64,000 bases of DNA from Deltaproteobacteria bacterium. GTDB taxonomy: Bacteria > Desulfobacterota > Dissulfuribacteria > Dissulfuribacterales > UBA3076. Both the position numbers and the translations under genes were made by a program. This document shows positions 47,069-56,738 of this stretch, piece by piece (within the stretch, counting starts at the first letter, position 1; every line of letters begins with the position of its first letter). The notes under the pieces are model-generated. The model saw nothing but the letters and a program-made list of their open reading frames with translations. It did no database searches and was not told where the DNA came from. The stretch spans positions 41,008 to 105,007 of the forward strand of contig PQXD01000009.1 in assembly GCA_003194485.1 (NCBI GenBank). Direction: 5' to 3'.

Positions 47069-48019
47069 TCACCGGCCCATTCTCCAATCCAAAGTTTTTT
47101 CAATACCTTCGGAAAGAACTGTCCTGGGTTTCCAGCCCAGTACATCCTCGGCCAGATTTATCTTCAGGCAACTTTTTTTGAGATCTCCAGGCCTCGCAAG
47201 GGTCCTGTCCGGTGTCATGAGAGAATTGCTCAGAAGACGTCTGCTGGAAATTACATCAAAGATGGTCTCAAAGAGGAGCTGGGTCCTGGTTTCCTTCCCG
47301 GTGCCAATATTTACGGCCTTTTTATTTCCTGCCTCGAGGGCAAGGAGATTTGCCTCAACGACATCTCCCACATAGCAGTAGTCCCTGATCATACCCTCAG
47401 GCTCAGAAGGAAAATGAAAAAGCGTACAGGGCCTGTTTTCGAGTAATCTGTCCATGAAAATGGCCACCACTCCTGCCTCGCCATGAGGTATCTGCCTGGG
47501 GCCATAGATGTTTGAATAGCGTAAAACAGTATAGTCCAATTCGTATTGGTGCCCGTAAAAGTGAAGGTAGCTTTCTGAAGCCGCCTTTGTTATGGCATAA
47601 GGGGACAGGGGCTGCAGGGAACAGTCCTCAGAGGTGGGGTACTCTTCAGCCTCTCCATAGATGGCCCCCCCTGAGGATATGAATATGACCTTGTGTGTCC
47701 CGACTCTCCTGGCGCCTTCCAGCAGGTTTATAAAACCCTCGATATTCACTGAGGCGTCAAATCCGGGGTCTTCCACAGAAGCAGGTACGGAGATTTGCGC
47801 TGCGTGGTGATTTATCACCTCAGGCCTTTCGTACTCCAGGAGTTTGCGTATCTCAGGGGCCCTGATGTCCATTAAATAGAACCTTGCCTCGGGATGCAGG
47901 TTTTCCCGTTTTCCTGTATACAGATTGTCTACCACTACGACTTCATGACCTGCCTCTATATAGGCATCAGCCACATTTGAACCTATAAAACCAGCCCCGC
48001 CGGTTACAAGGATTTTCAT
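47069..48019 (-). CDS. NAD-dependent epimerase/dehydratase (UDP-glucose 4-epimerase-like)
   Basis: VTGGAGFIGS, HHAAQISV, ISSGGAIYG, YAITK, LRYSNIYGPRQ and RDYCYVGDV. Confidence 0.92.
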   Translation of the reverse strand: MKILVTGGAGFIGSNVADAYIEAGHEVVVVDNLYTGKRENLHPEARFYLMDIRAPEIRKLLEYERPEVINHHAAQISVPASVEDPGFDASVNIEGFINLLEGARRVGTHKVIFISSGGAIYGEAEEYPTSEDCSLQPLSPYAITKAASESYLHFYGHQYELDYTVLRYSNIYGPRQIPHGEAGVVAIFMDRLLENRPCTLFHFPSEPEGMIRDYCYVGDVVEANLLALEAGNKKAVNIGTGKETRTQLLFETIFDVISSRRLLSNSLMTPDRTLARPGDLKKSCLKINLAEDVLGWKPRTVLSEGIEKTLDWRMGR

Positions 48020-48175
48020 ACCTAAGGATCTCCTTAATTAAAAGTATTATCATGCTATCATGGTTATAGAAGCTCTCGCAAGAAATGTGGGCGATTTTAT
48101 TCTCTTGGGCCAATTTCAAAAATATAACTGAATTTGCTGGACGTAATACGAATCGATAAATATTATTAAGGGACA

Positions 48176-48574
48176 GTAAATATTCTTATGAACCCGTGGT
48201 CTCAAGTAACCGTTCACAGGAAGGGGATATTTCTTTTCACTTAACACTTCAGCCCCTTGTTTTCTTAAGGCTTTTGACATGGGGGATGTCCTGCCCCCTC
48301 TGCATTCGCCTTACGCTGCGCTCAGGCGATGCAGTTTCCCCCACAGCAAAAGCCGAGAAAACTACGGGGGCTTCCGTTAAACTGTTCAAAGAAATATCCC
48401 CTGCCAGTGAACGGTTGCCATCCGTGCCCTGCCGCAGGAGCGGTTTGCCTTTTGCGGGGTTTTGGGTAGCGGGCCGGATTGCACTGCCTCTCCGGTCTGC
48501 GATGAGTGAGCTTTGAAACCCGGAAAAAGGTAACCGCTTCAGGGCAGGATATAACGGGTTCACCGAATATTTAC
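48176..48574. mobile_element. Composite MITE (family A, 399 bp) carrying a nested family-B-type element at 48206..48418
   Basis: Outer A TIRs with flanks aagggaca/aagggacc. Inner TIRs gtaaccgttcacaggaaggggatatttctt / aagaaatatcccctgccagtgaacggttgc. Confidence 0.9.
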
Positions 48575-48611
48575 AAGGGACCGGTAATATTGTGAAGAAA
48601 TAGGATTAATT

Positions 48612-50495
48612 ATGCCTGAAGTAACCTTTTTGCCAGCCAATATGACCGTAAAAGCGAACCAGGATGAAAATCTGCTGAGGATAGCCATGAGGGCCGGTGT
48701 ATATATCAATTCCTTATGCGGTGGGGCAGGGGTATGTAACAAGTGCCGCATTCTTCTGGAACGGGGCCGGGTCCGGGGAGAGGCCCTGCCGGAAGGCGGA
48801 TGGAAGGCCTGCGCCACCTTTCCGGTCTCAGACGTGGTGGTCCGTGTACCAGTTGAATATGAAATGGACCGAAAGGTACTCAGGCGGCCGATGGCCAGAA
48901 AGGCTGCATCCTGGATCAAGGCCCAGGAAGAGCCTGTAACCTGGAAGCTGCATCCTGCTGTGCGAAAACGCGTTATTAACCTGCCCCAGCCAAGCCTTCA
49001 GGACAGTGCAAGCGACCTCGACAGGCTGATGCGCGAGATTGTCCAGGGCAGGCTCCAGGCGATTTCAATGGAGGTAGACAGCCAGATTCTCTTTAATTTG
49101 CCGGAATCGATACGGAACAAAGACTGGAGAGTCACTGTCAGCTTAATGGAAGGAGCAAAGAAAGACGTCCGTCGCCTCATTCGTGTGGAGCCTGGTGATG
49201 CAACGGACCAGCATCTTGCCGTGGCCGTGGATATAGGGACTACCACGGTGTCGGCCCAGTTGTTGGATCTCGGGAGCGGAGCGGTCCTGGCAGAGGCATC
49301 CAATTACAATCCGCAGATCAGTTATGGGGAAGATATCATCTCCCGGATGGAGTTTGCCAGAAGAAAAGAGGGCCTGAAGACCCTGCAAAAAAAGATAGCC
49401 GAATGCCTCAATGGGCTCATAGGAGAACTCCTTTCAGATGCGGACCGGGGGAAGGACGCCTTGAGTCTGATTACTGTTGCCGCAAATACCGTAATGATTC
49501 ATCTTCTTCTTGGACTTGATACGCGTTTTTTGAGGACCCAGCCCTATACTCCTGTCGCCACCCGATTCCCTCCGGTAAGGGCCATAGAGTCAGGCATAAA
49601 TGTTCCTGAGCACGTGCGCGTGTTTTTAGGCCCCTGTGTTGCCAGTTACGTCGGTGCGGATATCGTGGCCGGAGTAGTAGGCGTAGGGCTTAACCGCCGC
49701 CCGGAACTTACGCTTTTCATAGATATAGGGACAAACGGAGAGATCGTCCTTGGAAATCAGGACTGGATGGCCTGTGCAGCCTGCTCTGCAGGTCCTGCCT
49801 TTGAGGGGGGCGGCATAAAGCACGGCATGCGAGCCACCACAGGGGCAGTGGAGGTGGTGTACATACATCCCGGGACTTTTGAACCCATGGTCTTGACCAT
49901 TGGCGGCAGAAAGGCCAAGGGAATATGCGGATCAGGCATAATCAGCCTGCTTGCAGGCCTTTTCATGGCAGGTGTGCTGGATCAGCAGGGAAAGTTTCAT
50001 ACCGGCCTGGGGACGAAAAGGGTCCGCTTTGGCAGGGATGGCTGGGAATACGTGGTAATAGAGGCGGAATCCACTTCCATAGGTCAGGATATTGTGTTTA
50101 CAGAGGCAGACATTGAGAATCTCATCAGGGCAAAAGGTGCCATGTTTGCCGGTTATTTTACTTTGCTGGAATCGGTGGGTATGGGATTTGAGGACCTGGA
50201 ACGGGTAATACTGGCCGGCAATTTTGGAAGCTACCTGGATATTGACCAGGCCATCACCATAGGACTCCTTCCGGATATTCCAAGGGACCGATTCTTTTTC
50301 GCAGGCAACAGCTCTCTCCTCGGGGCAAAGGCCTCGGCTGTTTCCCGGTCTGTTATGAAAGAGCTGCACGAGGTCGCTCAGATGATGACACACTTTGACC
50401 TAAGCGATAACCCGAGGTTCATGGAACACTATGTCTCCTGCCTGTTCCTGCCTCATACGGATCAGAAACTGTTCCCCTCAGTCAGGCTGGACTGA
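48612..50495 (+). CDS. ASKHA-domain [2Fe-2S] reductive activator of corrinoid proteins (RACo/DUF4445)
   Basis: CGGAGVCNKC...KAC ferredoxin, AVDIGTTTV, IDIGTNGEI, CSAGPAFEGG, GICGSG and GNSSLLGA. Confidence 0.93.
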   Translation: MPEVTFLPANMTVKANQDENLLRIAMRAGVYINSLCGGAGVCNKCRILLERGRVRGEALPEGGWKACATFPVSDVVVRVPVEYEMDRKVLRRPMARKAASWIKAQEEPVTWKLHPAVRKRVINLPQPSLQDSASDLDRLMREIVQGRLQAISMEVDSQILFNLPESIRNKDWRVTVSLMEGAKKDVRRLIRVEPGDATDQHLAVAVDIGTTTVSAQLLDLGSGAVLAEASNYNPQISYGEDIISRMEFARRKEGLKTLQKKIAECLNGLIGELLSDADRGKDALSLITVAANTVMIHLLLGLDTRFLRTQPYTPVATRFPPVRAIESGINVPEHVRVFLGPCVASYVGADIVAGVVGVGLNRRPELTLFIDIGTNGEIVLGNQDWMACAACSAGPAFEGGGIKHGMRATTGAVEVVYIHPGTFEPMVLTIGGRKAKGICGSGIISLLAGLFMAGVLDQQGKFHTGLGTKRVRFGRDGWEYVVIEAESTSIGQDIVFTEADIENLIRAKGAMFAGYFTLLESVGMGFEDLERVILAGNFGSYLDIDQAITIGLLPDIPRDRFFFAGNSSLLGAKASAVSRSVMKELHEVAQMMTHFDLSDNPRFMEHYVSCLFLPHTDQKLFPSVRLD

Positions 50496-52148
50496 TTTCA
50501 TTGCATTCCTGAAGGCCTCTGCGTAATCTTCCGGGTAGTGACCTGTGATCCATCTTTCCTGCCTTTCGCTGAAAGCACCCGGGGAACGGGATGCTCTGGG
50601 CAGAAAGCAGTAAAAGAGACGCTGGTCCATATCCGGATTGTCGAAACGTTTTGAGATCTCATAGCCCGTGACCATCTGGGCCCCCATACAGTCCAGGGTC
50701 CGGATTACGAGCTCGATGCACTTATCCAGTGACTTTCGGACCTCCGGGTCCGCCTCAAGCACATTACCCACCGGACAAGTGGTCATAATCTGGACCTCGC
50801 CATGGAAGCGCTGGGCCTTGGGGATATGGATCATGACGTTTTCATCCTCGTGAACAATCAAACTTGATGGCAGGTCTTTTTTCCCGTCCAATCTTTTGTT
50901 GGAACGGATTGCCCTTAAATATGTCTTAAAAAAGGGGTGTCCACAGGCCTTTTCGTAAAGAGCGGAAAAGCGGGCCACCTGATCTCCTACTGCATAGGTA
51001 GAGATTGATTTTGAGCCGGCACCCCCTGTATCCACTGATTTCACATTGGGAGGTATAAGGGCAAACTGCTGGTGAATCTGTTGGTGGGATGCATGTAATC
51101 TGTATCCTGATGGAGAGAAATCAAAGCCGTAGTTCCAGCCCCAAAGGGTGGCTGTATAAGGCAGGCCCTCTCCGCTCTCAAGCCTCTTTGCAACTTCCTT
51201 CAGCACTGACTGTCTCATGGATTCAATCTCAGCGACCGGCAAAGTGTTCCTGCCTTCCCGGGAAATTCCCTTCGCAATATCGAGATTGACGGCCATTTGA
51301 GTATAGACCCGCTGGTAATAGAGGTGACGCAGGCCCGTTATATCATCGGGAAGCAGTTCCGCTGCCCTGTACCTCACACAGTCATGAGCCATATTAGATG
51401 CATAATGACCCCATGGAATATAGCTGTCTGCCCTGAGATATTCCCATACGTGTGTCTTGCAGCCGGATGCATATTCGCCGACAATCGGGCTGCTTCCCTG
51501 AATCCCTGGAATTAATACCATGGCAAGCTTATAATTATATGGACAGGCCATATTGTTACCAATCACATCAAAGAGTTCCTGGTCAAATAGGACCGGTTTG
51601 GGATGGCCCAGTTCGTCATACTCATATTTCACGCCAACCGGGTTCCCGCTGTCGTCAAGCTCAAACTTACATGCCAAATGTGCCATCGCCTTGAGGAGCC
51701 TGCTGTCCCTGGATGTCTGGGCCAGGGACAAGAGAACGGGCCTCGGGAGGTCTTTCAGGGAATAAGCCCTTTCGTTCGAACCCTTTAAGCGCCCATTCAA
51801 CAGGTCTTCCAGTAATGGCGAACGCCTGCCGGACCCCTCGTCGCTTCTCCTGAATCCGAGTCTTTTCGGGTCCTTTGAAAATTGCTCTGCCTGATCATAA
51901 AGTATGTATGTGGCACCCCAGAAAGGAAAGGCATTCGGGATCTCATAGACTTTGCCGGCATTGTTGATAACAAGGTCGCCCCTGGGGAAGTTGACCCGGT
52001 TATTAATTGCATTGCCGTCTGAATCATGGCCCAGCACGGCCAAAGTTTCAGTCCGCCTGAGGTTTACAACTTTGTAAGATGGCTCGTGAAGGGCACAAAT
52101 AAAAACCCCTGACGGATCTATGCACGTGCAAAGGATGTCTTGATTCAC
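50478..52148 (-). CDS. Hypothetical protein with GalT/HIT-like nucleotidyltransferase motifs
   Basis: WGWNYG...HASHQQIHQQ and HEDENVMIHIPKAQRFHGEVQI segments. The assignment is an inference. Confidence 0.6.
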   Translation of the reverse strand: MNQDILCTCIDPSGVFICALHEPSYKVVNLRRTETLAVLGHDSDGNAINNRVNFPRGDLVINNAGKVYEIPNAFPFWGATYILYDQAEQFSKDPKRLGFRRSDEGSGRRSPLLEDLLNGRLKGSNERAYSLKDLPRPVLLSLAQTSRDSRLLKAMAHLACKFELDDSGNPVGVKYEYDELGHPKPVLFDQELFDVIGNNMACPYNYKLAMVLIPGIQGSSPIVGEYASGCKTHVWEYLRADSYIPWGHYASNMAHDCVRYRAAELLPDDITGLRHLYYQRVYTQMAVNLDIAKGISREGRNTLPVAEIESMRQSVLKEVAKRLESGEGLPYTATLWGWNYGFDFSPSGYRLHASHQQIHQQFALIPPNVKSVDTGGAGSKSISTYAVGDQVARFSALYEKACGHPFFKTYLRAIRSNKRLDGKKDLPSSLIVHEDENVMIHIPKAQRFHGEVQIMTTCPVGNVLEADPEVRKSLDKCIELVIRTLDCMGAQMVTGYEISKRFDNPDMDQRLFYCFLPRASRSPGAFSERQERWITGHYPEDYAEAFRNAMKSVQPD

Positions 52149-52314
52149 ATTACTCCATCCTCAATAATAAATATTTATGAGTTATTTCCATTGACTCCAG
52201 ATATCTCTTTATACTTGTACAGTCAAGGTGCAGACGATTATTCCAAGATTATAAACAATTTGCACGAGTAAATCATGTCCTGATCGAATATGTTATAGTT
52301 AATCATCGGAGGAG

Positions 52315-52376
52315 AATTTTGAATGGTGAATTAATAATTTAAAATCTTATAACTTTTTCCTCCATAATTCAAAATT
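52315..52376. repeat. AT-rich heptamer-type inverted repeat upstream of rtcA
   Basis: aattttgaat (52315-24) / attcaaaatt (52367-76). Confidence 0.45.
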
Positions 52377-52430
52377 TAGCATTCAGTAACTCAGCATCAT
52401 AATCTATTAATGTCTGGTATGTAAAAAAAC

Positions 52431-53465
52431 ATGATTATTATCGACGGTTCCTATGGAGAGGGAGGGGGCCAGATTCTGAGGAGCTCCCTGGCCCTTTCCA
52501 TGATCACCGGACAGGCTATTGAAATCCTGAATATTCGTGCCAGGAGGCCGAAGCCCGGCCTTCGTCCACAGCATCTGACTTGTGTAAAAGCGGCTGCCTC
52601 GGTATGTGGAGCCCGGCTGGAAGGAGCTGAGTTCGGTTCGCAGCGCCTGGTATTTATCCCGGGTAAAGTAAAACCGGGTAATTATAGCTTTGCCGTAGGT
52701 ACCGCCGGCTCTGTCATGCTGGTTTTTCAGACCGTACTTCTTCCTCTGGCCCTTTCCCCCGGCCCTTCTGAGATTACTTTTACAGGCGGCACCCATGTCC
52801 CGTGGAGTCCGTGCTTTCACTATATTGACCTTGTATTTAGGCCTGCCGTATCTGCCATGGGAATATTATTTGAAATGGAGCTTGAGAGATGGGGTTACTA
52901 CCCAAAAGGAGAGGGGATAGTAAGGACAAGAATTCTGCCGTCAGAGGGTCTCGGTTCCTTCAGGCCGGTTCCCCGGAGAGGAGAAAGAGTCTGCGTTAAG
53001 GCCATTTCGGCCACGGCCTGCCTGCCTGGCCACGTCAGGAAAAGGCAGTCCGCACGAGTAAAATCTGTTTTGGAGGGCAGAGAAATCGAGGTAGATGTAG
53101 AAGAAATGGAGGGATCTGCCATGTGCCCGGGCAGCCTCCTGTTCTGCTGGATATCCGGTCAGGGGAGATATGGTGGTTTCACCGGGCTGGGCGCAAGAGG
53201 CAAGCCTGCCGAGAAGGTTGCTGATGAAGCGGTTTCCGGACTATTGGCCTTTCTGGACAGTGGCGCAGCCTGCGACAAATACCTTTCTGATCAAATACTG
53301 CTCCCGGCAGTGCTTGCACGTGGAGAGAGTCAATGGTCCACAAACTCTATAAGCAATCACCTTCTCACAAACATATGGGTGACCGGACGCTTTGGGCTCG
53401 GCAAGGTGAAGCTGCTGGAAGAAGACGGGAAATCCGGCTTGATCAAATGTTACGGAACCGATTAA
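52431..53465 (+). CDS. rtcA: RNA 3'-terminal phosphate cyclase
   Basis: IDGSYGEGGGQILR, RPKPGLRPQH, TAGSV.LVFQ, GGTHV, GYYPKG, YLSDQ and HLLTN. Confidence 0.96.
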   Translation: MIIIDGSYGEGGGQILRSSLALSMITGQAIEILNIRARRPKPGLRPQHLTCVKAAASVCGARLEGAEFGSQRLVFIPGKVKPGNYSFAVGTAGSVMLVFQTVLLPLALSPGPSEITFTGGTHVPWSPCFHYIDLVFRPAVSAMGILFEMELERWGYYPKGEGIVRTRILPSEGLGSFRPVPRRGERVCVKAISATACLPGHVRKRQSARVKSVLEGREIEVDVEEMEGSAMCPGSLLFCWISGQGRYGGFTGLGARGKPAEKVADEAVSGLLAFLDSGAACDKYLSDQILLPAVLARGESQWSTNSISNHLLTNIWVTGRFGLGKVKLLEEDGKSGLIKCYGTD

Positions 53466-53559
53466 GACATCCTGGAAATTTGCAATCCGTTGTAATCATC
53501 GGTATCCGGCGTCAGTCGGCCTTTGCCGCCATTACGGAACGATAGGATCAAGAGGAGAT

Positions 53560-53958
53560 GTAAATATCCGGTGAACCCGTTATATCCTGCCTTGAAGCGG
53601 TTGCCTTTTTCCGGGTTTCAAAGCTCACTCATCGCGGACCGGAGAGGCAGTGCAATCCGGCCCGCGATCGAAACCCTGCAAAAGGCAAACCGCTCCTGCG
53701 GCAGGGCGCGGATGGCAACCGTTCACAGGAAGGGGATATTTCTTTGAACAGTTTATAACGGAAGCCCCCGTAGTTTTCTCGGCTTTTGCTGTGGGGGAAA
53801 CTGCATCGCCTTAAGCGCAGCGTAGGGCGAATGCAGAGGGGGCAGGACATCCCCCATGTCAAAAGCCTTAAGAAAACAAGGGGCTGAAGTGTGAAGTGAA
53901 AAGAAATATCCCCTTCCGTGAACGGTTATGTAGGGTCACGGGTTCACCGGATATTTAC
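53560..53958. mobile_element. Composite MITE (family A, 399 bp) with nested element at 53715..53929
   Basis: Near reverse complement of 48176..48574. Flanks gaggagat/aaggagat. Confidence 0.9.
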
Positions 53959-53972
53959 AAGGAGATAAAAAT

Positions 53973-55889
53973 TTGGCCATGAATCTACCCTATGTCACAG
54001 GAAGGCCCTATCCTCTGGATGCAGCAAGTATTTTAAAAGGCCTTACTGATATAGAATGCTTTGTATTTCTTGAAACTTCAAGGGTTGCCGGAGAAGAGAA
54101 TACCTCATACCTATTTTTAAATCCAATAAAAATCCTTACTGCATACGGCCCTGATGATCTGGAGCCTCTTTACAAATCCATGGAGACGGCCATTGACAGA
54201 GGATACTATCTGGCCGGATGGTGGGCCTATGAATGGGGATATGCCCTTGAGCCCAAATTATATCACCTCCTGGACGCGCTCAGACCCAAGGCCCCCCTGG
54301 TATGGCTCGGTGTGTTTGAGAACCCGAAGATATGGATTCATAAGCCCGACGCCCCTTTTTGCCCTTTAAAAAATATTCCGGATATCCGGAAGAAATTAGG
54401 ACCTCTGAAACTGGAGGTAGAAAAAGAACGATACATCAGGGCTATAGACTGTATAAAGGACTATATAGCCGGCGGTCATACCTATCAGGTCAACTATACC
54501 TTAAGGGGAAGGTTTGACTACACCGGTCTTCCATCTGATCTCTATCTGTCGCTCAGGGCCCGGCAGTCTGTTTCTTACGGGGCGGTGATACGCAACAGGA
54601 AAAAATGGCTCCTTTCCCTCTCCCCGGAACTTTTCTTTCGCCTGGAAGGGCGAAAGATCTGGTCCAAACCCATGAAGGGCACATTAAAGAGAGGAAGGAC
54701 AATAGACGAAGATCGTGAACTGGCTCGTTTTCTGGCCAATGATCCCAAGAACCGGGCAGAAAACATCATGATTGTTGATCTGCTTCGAAACGATATAGGG
54801 AGGCTCTCTCTCCCCGGAACGGTCCGGGTACCGGAGATCTTTACCGTTGAGCGCTATGAAACCCTCTTTCAAATGACATCCAGGATAGAGGGAGAAATTC
54901 GCCCGGGCACATCCTGGCATGAGATCTTTAAGGCCCTGTTTCCGTGCGGATCTGTGACCGGTGCACCAAAGATCCGGACAATGGAGATCATCTCCGAGAT
55001 CGAGTCCTCTCCAAGGGGCGTATATACCGGTGCCATAGGATTCATTTCACCCCGCAGAAGGGCGGTGCTGAATGTGGCCATCAGGACAGTGGTCCTGGAC
55101 GGAGAATCAGGAGAGCTCGGGATAGGAAGCGGGATAACAATAGATTCAGATCCTGCAAGAGAATACGATGAGTGCAGACTTAAGGCCAGATTCCTGACAG
55201 ATCCTCTTTACTTTCCCCATCTTGAAAAGGGTGAAACAAGGAAGGATTTTTCCCTTATAGAGACCATGAGGTGGGACCCTGTAAGGAGAGAGCAGGAAGT
55301 CACAGAGGGCTACTTCCTGCTGGAAAGGCATCTTGAAAGGCTCTCGCAATCCGCTCATTATTTCGCCTTTTACCTGGACCTGAAAAAGGTGAGAAGGGAG
55401 CTGGCTGAATTCGCAAGAGGCCTCTACCCTGAAAGAAGACCCCATCGGGTCCGCATGTTGTTGGGAAGAGACGGTTCTTTGACTGTTTCAGCCTCTGCTC
55501 TATCCATGCAGGAAAAGCAGGTCTATTTTGACCTGTCTGCAAAGGCAGTCGACTCTCAAGACCCTTTTTTATATCACAAAACCACATACAGGCCTCTGTT
55601 CACTGAAGAATACCAAAGGGCCAAGACCCGCGGTCTCTTCGACTGCGTGTTTGTAAACGAGCGCGGCGAGCTTACTGAAGGTTCTATCAGCAATATATTT
55701 CTGGAAATTAATGGCGGACTCGTCACCCCTCCGGTATCAAGCGGGCTCCTGAACGGCACCTTTCGCCAGGAACTTGTGGAGCAAGGCCGTGCCAGTGAGC
55801 ATGTGCTCTATCCGGATGACATGAATAAGGCCACAGCGATATATTTGGGGAACTCGGTACGCGGGCTCTTGAGAGCAAGCTGCAAATGA
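53973..55889 (+). CDS. pabB: Aminodeoxychorismate synthase component I fused to ADC lyase (PabB-PabC)
   Basis: YQVNYT, SLSPELFF, KPMKGT, KNRAENIMIVDLLRND, GSVTGAPK, then HKTTYR...LTEGSISNIF...GLLNGT class IV aminotransferase. Confidence 0.93.
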   Translation: MAMNLPYVTGRPYPLDAASILKGLTDIECFVFLETSRVAGEENTSYLFLNPIKILTAYGPDDLEPLYKSMETAIDRGYYLAGWWAYEWGYALEPKLYHLLDALRPKAPLVWLGVFENPKIWIHKPDAPFCPLKNIPDIRKKLGPLKLEVEKERYIRAIDCIKDYIAGGHTYQVNYTLRGRFDYTGLPSDLYLSLRARQSVSYGAVIRNRKKWLLSLSPELFFRLEGRKIWSKPMKGTLKRGRTIDEDRELARFLANDPKNRAENIMIVDLLRNDIGRLSLPGTVRVPEIFTVERYETLFQMTSRIEGEIRPGTSWHEIFKALFPCGSVTGAPKIRTMEIISEIESSPRGVYTGAIGFISPRRRAVLNVAIRTVVLDGESGELGIGSGITIDSDPAREYDECRLKARFLTDPLYFPHLEKGETRKDFSLIETMRWDPVRREQEVTEGYFLLERHLERLSQSAHYFAFYLDLKKVRRELAEFARGLYPERRPHRVRMLLGRDGSLTVSASALSMQEKQVYFDLSAKAVDSQDPFLYHKTTYRPLFTEEYQRAKTRGLFDCVFVNERGELTEGSISNIFLEINGGLVTPPVSSGLLNGTFRQELVEQGRASEHVLYPDDMNKATAIYLGNSVRGLLRASCK

Positions 55890-55890
55890 A

Positions 55891-55956
55891 GGTTCAAAGG
55901 TTCGGGGTTGCTTTGATAACCCTTAACCTTTGAACCATGAATCCCTGAACAGTCAC
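55891..55956. repeat. Family-B MITE remnant forming a hairpin between convergent genes
   Basis: ggttcaaaggtt (55891-902) / aacctttgaacc (55925-36) perfect IR. It ends ctgaacagtcac like the B right TIR. Confidence 0.7.
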
Positions 55957-55958
55957 AG

Positions 55959-56660
55959 CTACAGTAAAATGCTCTCCCCTGGCCTCATCTCCACTAACTG
56001 AGTATCAACTTGCTGGGATACCAGTTCCCTGCCGAATTCCTCTACAGTGCCCGTAAGAGCAGGGAAAGAACCATAGTGCATCGGGACAACTTTTTTTGGC
56101 CTGAGGAATTTGCAGGCACAGGCCGCTTCTCTGGGTCCCATGGTATAATGGTTTCCTATGGGGACCATGGCAATCTCGGGCCGATACATTCCCCCTATCA
56201 GGGCCATATCACCAAACAGGCCGGTGTCTCCTGCATGGTAGAGAACGAGTCCGTCTTCAAGGCGGATCACAAAGCCTGCGGCCTCTCCGCCGTAAAGGAT
56301 CTCGTTGCCTTCCTGGATCGAGGAACTGTGAAGCGCTGATACCATGGTGATCGCGACTCCCTTTGTAATATAAGTTCCTCCGATATTCATGCCGGTCACA
56401 TTCGGAATTCCCCTGATCAGGAGATATTGTTGTATTTCGTGGATTGCCACTACTTCGGTGGAAGATGACCTGGCCATTGCCTGACAGTTTCCCATGTGAT
56501 CTTCATGGGCATGAGTAATAAGAATGAGATCAGCGTCCAATGAATCGGGCTTATCTGCGGCTTGGGGATTGTCCAGCCATGGATCAATCCATATCTTCAA
56601 ATCCTGTTCCGTCACTATCCTAAAGGCTGAATGACCAAAAAAGCTTAGTTTATGAGACAT
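55959..56660 (-). CDS. Metal-dependent hydrolase (UPF0173, metallo-beta-lactamase fold)
   Basis: FFGHSAF, IDPWL, THAHEDH, HSSS, YHAGDTG and PMHYGSF. Confidence 0.92.
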   Translation of the reverse strand: MSHKLSFFGHSAFRIVTEQDLKIWIDPWLDNPQAADKPDSLDADLILITHAHEDHMGNCQAMARSSSTEVVAIHEIQQYLLIRGIPNVTGMNIGGTYITKGVAITMVSALHSSSIQEGNEILYGGEAAGFVIRLEDGLVLYHAGDTGLFGDMALIGGMYRPEIAMVPIGNHYTMGPREAACACKFLRPKKVVPMHYGSFPALTGTVEEFGRELVSQQVDTQLVEMRPGESILL

Positions 56661-56738
56661 GATTACCCCTTTCTAATAAGTAAAAAAATAAAATTTTCAT
56701 TCTTCATGACAAGTAAAAAGTAGTTTACATTTAGCGGT

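Noticed and set aside
4793-53958. Repeated ~19-bp sequence as a CRISPR array
   Set aside because: Copies are dispersed, occur as inverted pairs with a conserved core, and lack unique regular spacers; no cas genes are present.
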